Of a DNA stretch of 64,000 nucleotides, positions 49,705 through 57,876 are shown piece after piece. Both the position numbers and the translations under genes were made by a program. The stretch covers positions 2,670 through 66,669 of the forward strand of contig CALDDL010000012.1 in assembly GCA_937936675.1 (NCBI GenBank), written 5' to 3'. The notes under the pieces are model-generated. The model was not told the DNA's origin, did no database searches, and worked only from the letters and a program-made list of their open reading frames with translations. This DNA comes from an uncultured bacterium. Lineage in GTDB: Bacteria > Bacteroidota > Ignavibacteria > Ignavibacteriales > Melioribacteraceae. Every line of letters begins with the position of its first letter. The stretch's first letter is position 1.

Positions 49705-49767
49705 AAAAAAGGAGATGAAATGAATCCAATAGATTTTTTCTGTTGAATCAGTTCATCTCCTATTTCA
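49705..49767. terminator. Extended hairpin between convergent malQ and gpx (candidate terminator)
   Basis: 10-bp outer stem AGGAGATGAA (49710-49719) / TTCATCTCCT (49752-49761), with an inner 6-bp stem CAATAG/CTGTTG (one G-U pair) around a T-rich loop. A-run on the left, which reads as a T-run for the minus-strand gpx transcript. Confidence 0.4.
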
Positions 49768-49826
49768 ATTCCTTTATACCTAAATAAGAATCAAAATGTA
49801 TTTAGATATACTCTATTACAAATTAT

Positions 49827-50393
49827 TTATTTTTTTGCTAATTCTTTTTCAATAGCAGAAGTCATTTCTTTGCTTTCAGGTTCTACCTTGCTTCTGAATC
49901 TTTCTACAATTTTTCCATCTTTAGAAATTAGAAATTTTTCAAAATTCCATTTAATATCCCCCTTCTCGACAGAATCATTATTCGTAAGAAGTGCGTATAA
50001 TGGAGCTTTATTATCACCAAGAACTTTCACTTTATCAAATAAAGGAAACTTAACATCAAATGTAGATGAGCAAAATTCTTGAATCTCTTTATTAGTTCCG
50101 GGTTCCTGTCCGCCGAAATCATTGCAAGGGAAAGCCAATATCTCAAAACCCTTTGCTTTATATTCGTCATAAATTTTTTGAAGACCCGCATATTGCTTTG
50201 TGTATCCGCATTTGCTTGCAACGTTTACAATTAATAGCACCTTCCCCTTATAGTTAGAAAGTTTTACATCTTTGCCATCAATATTTTTCACCGTTAATCC
50301 ATAGACCGAATCCACTTTATTACCTCCGACACCTGCATTTATAAAACTTACCGCAAATAAAAATGTTATTACTAAAAAAAATATTTTTTTCAT
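49827..50393 (-). CDS. gpx: Glutathione peroxidase (Cys-type) with N-terminal signal peptide
   Basis: Motifs VNVASKCGYT, FPCNDFGGQEPG and KWNFEKFLI. The N-terminal MKKIFFLVITFLFAVSFINA suggests periplasmic export. Confidence 0.9.
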   Translation of the reverse strand: MKKIFFLVITFLFAVSFINAGVGGNKVDSVYGLTVKNIDGKDVKLSNYKGKVLLIVNVASKCGYTKQYAGLQKIYDEYKAKGFEILAFPCNDFGGQEPGTNKEIQEFCSSTFDVKFPLFDKVKVLGDNKAPLYALLTNNDSVEKGDIKWNFEKFLISKDGKIVERFRSKVEPESKEMTSAIEKELAKK

Positions 50394-50487
50394 GCTTCCT
50401 CCTGTTTTTTATCATTAACAAAGATAATTAAAAAAGAGTTCAAGTATTAATAAGTTTTTTTAAGTTCATCCATTTTATTAAAAAGCA

Positions 50488-50505
50488 ATACCAAAATTTT
50501 GGTAT
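50488..50505. promoter_or_regulatory. Perfect 18-bp palindrome upstream of the tandem paralogue pair
   Basis: ATACCAAAA|TTTTGGTAT lies about 140 nt upstream of the ATG at 50644, in the gpx / paralogue-A divergent region. Confidence 0.3.
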
Positions 50506-50643
50506 AGCTTTTAATTAATAATAATATAAATTAGCTATTGATTTCCTTTCTAAATGTTGTAATTATGAATGAGGGTTAATTGCATACATGTAAAATACTG
50601 CAGCATCTGAAAATATATTTTATATATAGCTCGAGGAGCATAT

Positions 50644-53232
50644 ATGTATAAAAAGATTACTATAATCAATAGCCTATTTCTAATCATATTTATTTTTACA
50701 TCAGTTCAAATCCTAGGTGAAGGAGGGAATAAAAAAAATTCTCCACTTCAAAAAACCAACGGCGTGCCATCTTATACAAAATTTAATATTAATAACATTT
50801 CGACATGGTTTAAGAACGATGGCGAATCTGATATTAATCAAAATGGGAACTCCGGATTTGAATATCCCAAAGGCAGCAGGAAGAATGCCATTTTTCAATC
50901 CGGTTTTTTATGGGGCGGTAAAGTAGATGGACAAGTAAGAGTAGGCGGATCTGCGTATCGGCAAGGAACGGTACCGGGTAGAGTTATTAAAAATGCTCAG
51001 AATAAATGGGAAGCCGTTAGGCCAAACGATCCTGATGTAAGAATTTATAGAGTAAGACCCGATTATAAAAAAGCTCATCTTAGTGCCGAGATAAAAGACG
51101 GTGATGGAAAAAACGAGAAGGAAATTAGAGCACAATATGAAAAAGATTGGAAGGAATGGCCGGCAGCTCAAGGTGCTCCATATAAAGATGTAAATAAGGA
51201 TGGTGTTTATGACCCTAATATTGATATACCCGGAGTAGAAGATTCTCATCAAACAATCTGGTTTATTTGTAATGATTTTGATAATAAAGCCACAGACTTT
51301 ATGTATGGTTCGCCTCCAATGGGCATCGAAGAACAGGTTACAATCTGGGGCTATAAAACTAAAGGTGCTCTTAACAATATGCTCTTTAGAAAATATATTA
51401 TTATAAATAAAAACATAGATGAAAAACCTTTCACTGATATGTATGTTTCGATGTGGAGCGATCCTGACCTTGGTAATGCAAGTGATGATTTATCCGGCTG
51501 CGATTCAACATTGAGCTTAGCATATATTTATAATGGAAATAATACTGATGCCGTGTATGGAGAAGATGTTCCTGCTGCTGGATTTGATTTTCTGCAAGGT
51601 CCTATTGTAACCGGACTTCCAGGTGATACTGCAATATTTAATAACAAATATATTTCTGGCAAAAAAAATCTTCCTATGACGGCATTTTATTTCTTTACTG
51701 GCGGTGATAACATTTATACTGATCCAGCACAAGGGGTCTATCAAACAGGTACACTATTATTTTATAATTATATGAGAGGATTAAGTCCGGCTACTAAGCA
51801 ACCTTATATTGACCCAATAACATTAAAGCCAACATATTTCCCTCTTTCAGGAGACCCGGTTAAAGGTACCGGCTGGTTAGATACTTATAAGGCAGACCGC
51901 CGATTTGGTATTGCTTCCGGTCCTTTTAATATGGCTTATGGTGATACACAAGAAATTATAATTGCTGAAATCGCAGCAGGAGCCACTCGAGGTGTTGATC
52001 GTTTAGAAGCAATTACTTTATTAAAAGACTATGATGGTGCGGCACAATTTGCTTATAATAATTTATTTAATTTACCGGGTACATCTGAGCAGCCCGAAGT
52101 TATTGCTACCGGTTTAGATAAAGAAATAATTTTATCTTGGGGAGCAGACTTTGAAGCCGTTAATAAAGGTGAAAACTATAATGCTGCAGGGTTCCGGTTT
52201 GAAGGTTATAACGTATATCAACTTCCCTCCTTTTTTGCTCTCGAAAGTGAAGCAAAAAGAATAGCTACTTTTGATATAAAAAACGGAGTGAAGACTATTA
52301 TTGGTTCAAATTATGATAATGAAAAAAATCTTTGGTTGGATTATGTTGCTGCTTTTGGATCGGACTCGGGAATCAAAAGATATATTTCTATTAAAAATGA
52401 TGCTTTTAATGGTAACCTTCCACTTAATAATGGACAAAAATATTATTTCGCAGTTACTTCATATACATATAATGACAATCCTCCTTTTAGTCCAAACACT
52501 TATGAGAATCCAATAAAAATAATTGAAGTGATTCCAAAATCAATGGACCCCGGAGTTAGGTATCCGGCAGAACAGGGAGCAATTATTCATGGTATTCATT
52601 CTTCAGGTACGAGTAGCGGTGATCTTAATGTAACGGTCATCGATCCTACTTTAGTAACCGGCGACAAGTATCAAATTTCATTTCAAGAAAATGGAGCATT
52701 GGGAATTACATACACAATTACAAATCTTTCAAAGGATACTGTTTTAGCATCGGAGGTAAATCAAAATCTTGGGGAAGCGTCTCCTTTGATAGACGGTTTA
52801 CTTATATCTGTTTTTAATCCATCTCAAATTGAAAAACAAAATAAAATTTCCGATATATTTGAGTTTACATCTCCTTCAATAATAAAAGACAATAAATTGG
52901 CAAAAGCAGATGTGGAAAATATAAACGTTTTTCCTAATCCATATTACGGATGCAATCCGCAGGAGATAAATAAATATCAGCGCTTTATTACAATAAATCA
53001 TCTTCCTGCAAAAGCTACGATACGCATTTTTAATCTTGCTGGACAGTTGATTACAACAATTGATAAGAACGATCCGAACACACAATTCCAGAGATGGACT
53101 TTGACAAATGACGGCGGATATCAAGTCGGCAGCGGAATTTATATTATTCATATCGATATGCCCGATCTAGGGGCAACAAAAGTGCTTAAAGCTGCTATAA
53201 TACAGGAGCAGCAGATTTTGGATAGATTTTAA
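50644..53232 (+). CDS. Large secreted protein of unrecognised family with FN3-like segment and variant T9SS-type C-terminal domain (paralogue A)
   Basis: 862 aa. Signal peptide MYKKITIINSLFLIIFIFTSVQILG, preceded by a GAGGAG SD. No catalytic family motif recognised. The C-terminus reads NVFPNPYYGCNPQEINKYQRF...TKVLKAAIIQEQQILDRF. Confidence 0.75.
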   Translation: MYKKITIINSLFLIIFIFTSVQILGEGGNKKNSPLQKTNGVPSYTKFNINNISTWFKNDGESDINQNGNSGFEYPKGSRKNAIFQSGFLWGGKVDGQVRVGGSAYRQGTVPGRVIKNAQNKWEAVRPNDPDVRIYRVRPDYKKAHLSAEIKDGDGKNEKEIRAQYEKDWKEWPAAQGAPYKDVNKDGVYDPNIDIPGVEDSHQTIWFICNDFDNKATDFMYGSPPMGIEEQVTIWGYKTKGALNNMLFRKYIIINKNIDEKPFTDMYVSMWSDPDLGNASDDLSGCDSTLSLAYIYNGNNTDAVYGEDVPAAGFDFLQGPIVTGLPGDTAIFNNKYISGKKNLPMTAFYFFTGGDNIYTDPAQGVYQTGTLLFYNYMRGLSPATKQPYIDPITLKPTYFPLSGDPVKGTGWLDTYKADRRFGIASGPFNMAYGDTQEIIIAEIAAGATRGVDRLEAITLLKDYDGAAQFAYNNLFNLPGTSEQPEVIATGLDKEIILSWGADFEAVNKGENYNAAGFRFEGYNVYQLPSFFALESEAKRIATFDIKNGVKTIIGSNYDNEKNLWLDYVAAFGSDSGIKRYISIKNDAFNGNLPLNNGQKYYFAVTSYTYNDNPPFSPNTYENPIKIIEVIPKSMDPGVRYPAEQGAIIHGIHSSGTSSGDLNVTVIDPTLVTGDKYQISFQENGALGITYTITNLSKDTVLASEVNQNLGEASPLIDGLLISVFNPSQIEKQNKISDIFEFTSPSIIKDNKLAKADVENINVFPNPYYGCNPQEINKYQRFITINHLPAKATIRIFNLAGQLITTIDKNDPNTQFQRWTLTNDGGYQVGSGIYIIHIDMPDLGATKVLKAAIIQEQQILDRF

Positions 53233-53283
53233 TGATGCAAAAGGGATTGATAAAACTTATGCATTTAGTTTGCAGGAGGATTT

Positions 53284-55533
53284 ATGAATAAAAGAATTAC
53301 AATCTCCGTAAATCTATTTCTTATAATAATATTTTTTTCGAATAATCAATTATTCTCTCAGAAAAAAGATGCCGGAATAAGTTCGCCTATTTTTAAAATT
53401 AATGGCGAACCATCTTACACCAAATTCAATATCAATAGAATATCTACATGGTTTAAGAATGATGGTGAATCGGATATACATCAAAACGGAAATTCGGGAT
53501 TTATCTATCCTAAAGGAAGCAATAAGGGGGCAGTTTTCCAATCCGGTTTTTTATGGGGCGGTAAAGTAGATGGAATAGTAAGAGTTGGCGGATCGGTTTA
53601 TCGGCAAGGGACAGTACCCGGAAGAGTAATTAAAAATTCAACCGGTAAATGGGAAGCTGTCAATCCAAATGAACCTGATGTAAGAATCTATCGAGTAAGA
53701 CCGGACTATGTAAATGCGAATCTTAAAATTGAAGTTAGTGATGGAGACGGTAAAGATCAAAACGAGGTGAGAGAAAAGTATAAAAAAGATTGGATGGAAT
53801 GGCCTGCGGATCAAGGAGCACCTTTTGACGATATAAATAAAAATGGAATTTATGAACCAAAGATCGATATTCCGGGAGTACCGGGAGCAGATCAAACAAT
53901 TTGGTTTGTCTGTAATGATTTTGATCCTAGGGCTACTGAATTTTTATATGGTTCGCCTCCTTTGGGAATAGAAGAGCAAGTAACAGTCTGGGGCTATAAT
54001 ACAGATGGTCCTCTCGGGAATATGCTTTTTAGAAAATATATTCTTATCAATAAAAATCTGGAAGAAAAATCATTTACAGATATGTATGTTTCTATCTGGT
54101 CGGATATTGATGTTGGTAATGCTAGTGATGATTACGTAGGTTGTGATACCACATTAGGTCTGGGATTCGGATATAATGGTTATTATAATGATGCTGTTTA
54201 TGGAATAAATGTACCTGCAGTGGGGTTTAAGATAGTTCAAGGTCCAATTATAGGAGGCACACCTTCAGACACTGCGATTTTCAAAAATAAATATATATCT
54301 GGGAAAAAGAATCTCGGGATGACTGCATTTTATTTTACGGTTAATGGTGATAATATTTATACTTATCCTTCACAAGAAGCATATCAAACCGGTACACTGG
54401 CTTTTTACAATTTATTTCAAGGTAAACTTGCCTACACAGGTGAATTTCCAATAAATCACAAGACAGGTCTTCCAACTAAATTCCCATTATCGGGTAATCC
54501 GATTGATAGAACGGGCTGGATAGACGGTCAGATACATTCACCCGGAAATCGAACGTTTGGATTGGCTTCAGGTCCATTTAATATGGCTTATGGCGATACT
54601 CAAGAAATTGTATTTGCTGAAATAGCTGCCGGTGCAACTAAGGGTATCGATAATTTACAAGCAGTAACATTATTGAAAGAGTATTCAAAAGTATCTCAAT
54701 TTCTATATAATCATTTTTTTGATTTCATTGCCGCACCTTCTAAGCCCCAAATTAATGTAACAACATCTGAAAGTGAAATAACATTATCATGGGATCAAGA
54801 CCCGACTGCCGTTATGCTAACCGAGAGTTATTCCAAGTATGGATATAATTTCGAGGGGTATAATATTTATCAGATCCCCGCTCCGGGCTTCTCCCTTTCT
54901 GAAGCTAAATTAATTGCTACTTTTGATATTAAAAACGGAGTAACTGCAATTATCGATAAAGAATTTGATGAAAGAAATAATGTCTTTATTGATAAGGTAA
55001 TTGCTTTTGGCACTGATTCGGGAATTAAAAGATCAATTACAATTAATAAAGATGCATTCAATGCTAACTTACCTTTGAATTATGGACAAAAATATTACTT
55101 TGCAGTTACAGCATATTCATATAACGAAAGACCACCTTTTGGTTCACATATTTTTGAAAATCCAATAGATGTAATTGAAGTTACACCACAATCCGCATTT
55201 ATTCAAGAAGATATTTCACGAATAAATGTATTCCCAAACCCATACTATGGAGCTAATCCACAGGAGATAAATAAATATCAACGGTTCGTTACTTTTTCTC
55301 ATTTGCCTGCCGAGGCAACCATAAAAATATTTAATTTAGCCGGACAATTAGTTGCTCACATTGAAAAGACAAATCCTGAATCACAATTCGTAAGGTGGGA
55401 TTTGAATAATGATGCAGGATATATGGTAGCCGGCGGTCTTTATTTAGCTTATATAGAAATGCCGGAACTCGGCAAAACGAAGGTACTAAAAATAGCAATC
55501 ATCCACGAACAACCGATCTTGGACAGATTTTGA
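53284..55533 (+). CDS. Paralogue B of the preceding gene (749 aa), same architecture minus one internal module
   Basis: AGGAGG SD and a signal peptide. It is colinear with paralogue A over about 620 aa, roughly two-thirds identical by eye. The two genes share an identical 36-nt run (50896-50931 = 53539-53574). The C-terminus reads NVFPNPYYGANPQEINKYQRF...TKVLKIAIIHEQPILDRF. Confidence 0.75.
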   Translation: MNKRITISVNLFLIIIFFSNNQLFSQKKDAGISSPIFKINGEPSYTKFNINRISTWFKNDGESDIHQNGNSGFIYPKGSNKGAVFQSGFLWGGKVDGIVRVGGSVYRQGTVPGRVIKNSTGKWEAVNPNEPDVRIYRVRPDYVNANLKIEVSDGDGKDQNEVREKYKKDWMEWPADQGAPFDDINKNGIYEPKIDIPGVPGADQTIWFVCNDFDPRATEFLYGSPPLGIEEQVTVWGYNTDGPLGNMLFRKYILINKNLEEKSFTDMYVSIWSDIDVGNASDDYVGCDTTLGLGFGYNGYYNDAVYGINVPAVGFKIVQGPIIGGTPSDTAIFKNKYISGKKNLGMTAFYFTVNGDNIYTYPSQEAYQTGTLAFYNLFQGKLAYTGEFPINHKTGLPTKFPLSGNPIDRTGWIDGQIHSPGNRTFGLASGPFNMAYGDTQEIVFAEIAAGATKGIDNLQAVTLLKEYSKVSQFLYNHFFDFIAAPSKPQINVTTSESEITLSWDQDPTAVMLTESYSKYGYNFEGYNIYQIPAPGFSLSEAKLIATFDIKNGVTAIIDKEFDERNNVFIDKVIAFGTDSGIKRSITINKDAFNANLPLNYGQKYYFAVTAYSYNERPPFGSHIFENPIDVIEVTPQSAFIQEDISRINVFPNPYYGANPQEINKYQRFVTFSHLPAEATIKIFNLAGQLVAHIEKTNPESQFVRWDLNNDAGYMVAGGLYLAYIEMPELGKTKVLKIAIIHEQPILDRF

Positions 55534-55633
55534 ATACCAAATAAGTTTGCTTATAACCTAATATTTTATTTAGATAATTAAGGTTAGACCCTGAATAATG
55601 ATTAACAAGGAAAGCAATAAAAATTTTAAAATA

Positions 55634-55685
55634 AAAAATCCCTAATGCAGAAAACTATTACTAATATTTTGCAAAAGGGATTTTT
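55634..55685. terminator. Long hairpin between convergent paralogue B and pta (candidate bidirectional terminator)
   Basis: 10-bp stem AAAAATCCCT (55634-55643) / AGGGATTTTT (55676-55685) with an A-run on the left and a T-run on the right. The loop is about 32 nt with partial internal pairing. Confidence 0.4.
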
Positions 55686-55703
55686 AATTTCTATGAAAAT
55701 TTC

Positions 55704-56684
55704 TTAAGACATTAGGGCAGCAATAGCAGAAGTATTTACAATATCTTCGACACTGCATCCACGGCTAAGATCGAAGAATGGTCTTTTCAAGCCTTGATTA
55801 ACTGGTCCGACTGCCTCTGCACCGCCTAATCTTTGAGCAATTTTATAACCGATATTTCCTGCATTCAAATCGGGAAATACCAATACATTTGCTCTTCCTG
55901 CAACACTGCTTTCAGGAGCTTTCTTCTTTCCCACACCTTCGACAATCGCCGCATCAAATTGAAGTTCACCATCCACATTTAAGTCCGGTCTTCTCTCTCT
56001 AACAAACTGGGTAGCTGCACGAACTTTATCGATCAATTCATGTTCGGCACTCCCCTTTGTGGAAAACGAAAGCATTGCTATATAAGCTTCGTCTCCCGTT
56101 AATGCTTTATGGTTATCTGCGGTAGAGATTGCGATATCAGCTAATTGACTAGCATCGGGATTAGGATTAACGGCGCAATCAGCAAAGCTATATGCTTTTT
56201 CGGGATATACCATTAAAAAGAAACTTGACAAAATCGAAATTCCTTCTTTCATTCCTACGCAAAAAATTCCTGCTCTTGTAATATCTGCAGTTGTTGCAAA
56301 CGACCCGCCTACACTTCCATCAGCCATACCTTCGGCTACCATCATTCCTGCAAAGAAGATATCTCTTTTAATTGTATCGCGTGCTTGCTCTATCGTAACG
56401 CCTTTATGTTTTCTCTTGTTATAAAAAATATTTGCAAAGTCGCTTAATTTTTCTGATTTTTCCGGATCAATTATTCTTACACCAGATAAATCCAATCCAA
56501 GTTTTTTAGCATCGGAGCGAATTTTTTCCTCATTGCCCAAAGTAATTACATTACAGGTTTTTTCTTTTATAAGTATCTCGGCTGCTCTTAAAACACGTTC
56601 GTCGTGCGATTCAGGTAATACAATAGTTTTTTTCTTTAGCGAAGCTTTTTCGCGTATTTGATTTAGTAGTTCAATATCTGCCAT
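55704..56684 (-). CDS. pta: Phosphate acetyltransferase (short PTA_PTB form)
   Basis: 326 aa. KKTIVLPESHDERVLRAAEILIKE..., the C-terminal GPVNQGLKRPFFDLSRGCSVEDIVNTSAIAA, and the overall Pta pattern. No ackA is adjacent. Confidence 0.85.
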   Translation of the reverse strand: MADIELLNQIREKASLKKKTIVLPESHDERVLRAAEILIKEKTCNVITLGNEEKIRSDAKKLGLDLSGVRIIDPEKSEKLSDFANIFYNKRKHKGVTIEQARDTIKRDIFFAGMMVAEGMADGSVGGSFATTADITRAGIFCVGMKEGISILSSFFLMVYPEKAYSFADCAVNPNPDASQLADIAISTADNHKALTGDEAYIAMLSFSTKGSAEHELIDKVRAATQFVRERRPDLNVDGELQFDAAIVEGVGKKKAPESSVAGRANVLVFPDLNAGNIGYKIAQRLGGAEAVGPVNQGLKRPFFDLSRGCSVEDIVNTSAIAALMS

Positions 56685-56812
56685 TTTTATCCTATGTTTA
56701 TATATTAATTTTATTACGTAAATATAAAAAAATGGGAAGTAACTTATCCCATATTTTAATTGAAATTATTATTATAAATCAGAATATTGCATAATATTAA
56801 TAAGAAGAAAAG

Positions 56813-57871
56813 ATGACAACGAAAGAATTATATATCAGGAAAATAATCCGGCTTTCCGGAATTGCTGTATCATTATTATTATTCCTTTATTTGGCATATA
56901 TTTTCATCGATATTATTGTAATCATTACAATCTCCCTTCTCATAGCAATGATATTTAATCCATTGGTTGATCTTCTTGAAGAGAGCGGTTTACCTCGATT
57001 ATTATCCGTCTTTATAGTTGTAATCTCAGCCGGTTTATCCATCGCTCTTGGAATTTGGGTTTTAATCCCAAAAATCATGGGACAATTTAATACAATACTT
57101 TCGACTTTTAGCCAGGAGAGCATTGATAATTATTCAGGTCAATTAGAAATATTTTTTAAGAAATTTGTTCCTTTCGTTAATTCCTCCGAATTGGTATTGA
57201 AGATTCAAAATCTTTTGACTAATTCGATTTATAATTTTGTTAATAACTTATCCACTTTTATCTCTAGCCTAATCTCTCTTCTTACTTTATTTGTAATTGT
57301 TCCGTTTATGATTTTCTTCTTCTTAAAAGATAAAAAAACTATTACGAAAGGTATTATAAACATTATGCCGAATCGTTATTTTGAAGTATCATATTGGGTG
57401 ATAAGAAAAATATCAATTCAACTTGGAAGATTCGTAAGGGGCTGGATACTAGATGCGTTTTTAGTTGGATTCCTTAGTGCATTAGGACTTTCGATTCTTG
57501 GAATCAATAATTCAGTCTCTATCGGAGTCATTGCCGGTATTGGGCATCTTATTCCTTATTTCGGTCCGATAATAGGAGGAATTCCGGCAATAATTATCTC
57601 AGTAGTTCAATTTGGCGATTTATCGATGCTGCCTAGTATAATTATTATGTTTTTAATTATTTATACAATTGATAATGGTTTTATTCAGCCAAATGTTTTT
57701 TCCAAAAGTACTGATTTTCATCCAATCGTGATAATCGTTTTAATAATAGCAGGAAGTAGTTTGATGGGAGTCATTGGAATGCTATTAGCAATCCCAACTG
57801 CTACTGTGGTAAAAACTGCAGCAAAGGAGATTTATAACGGATACAAAAACTATAAAATTATAAAGGCTTAG
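56813..57871 (+). CDS. AI-2E family transporter (PerM/UPF0118)
   Basis: 352 aa with about 8 TM segments, the characteristic FFFLKDKK loop, and the GLLGMLLAIP-type C-terminal TM (MGVIGMLLAIPTATV). Confidence 0.85.
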   Translation: MTTKELYIRKIIRLSGIAVSLLLFLYLAYIFIDIIVIITISLLIAMIFNPLVDLLEESGLPRLLSVFIVVISAGLSIALGIWVLIPKIMGQFNTILSTFSQESIDNYSGQLEIFFKKFVPFVNSSELVLKIQNLLTNSIYNFVNNLSTFISSLISLLTLFVIVPFMIFFFLKDKKTITKGIINIMPNRYFEVSYWVIRKISIQLGRFVRGWILDAFLVGFLSALGLSILGINNSVSIGVIAGIGHLIPYFGPIIGGIPAIIISVVQFGDLSMLPSIIIMFLIIYTIDNGFIQPNVFSKSTDFHPIVIIVLIIAGSSLMGVIGMLLAIPTATVVKTAAKEIYNGYKNYKIIKA

Positions 57872-57876
57872 AAAAA

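Noticed and set aside
49827-50393. Selenocysteine (in-frame TGA plus SECIS) in the glutathione peroxidase.
   Set aside because: The catalytic position is a normal Cys codon (VASKCGYT), and the ORF is uninterrupted.
50908-51252. The 114-aa antisense ORF in paralogue A. The same class includes 50713-50898, 51517-51744, 52301-52516, 52876-53151, 53350-53541, 53638-53895 and 54870-55061.
   Set aside because: The sense frames are conserved between the two paralogues at the protein level, with synonymous-type differences. The antisense frames are low-complexity Ile/Phe/Ser runs expected in AT-rich DNA.
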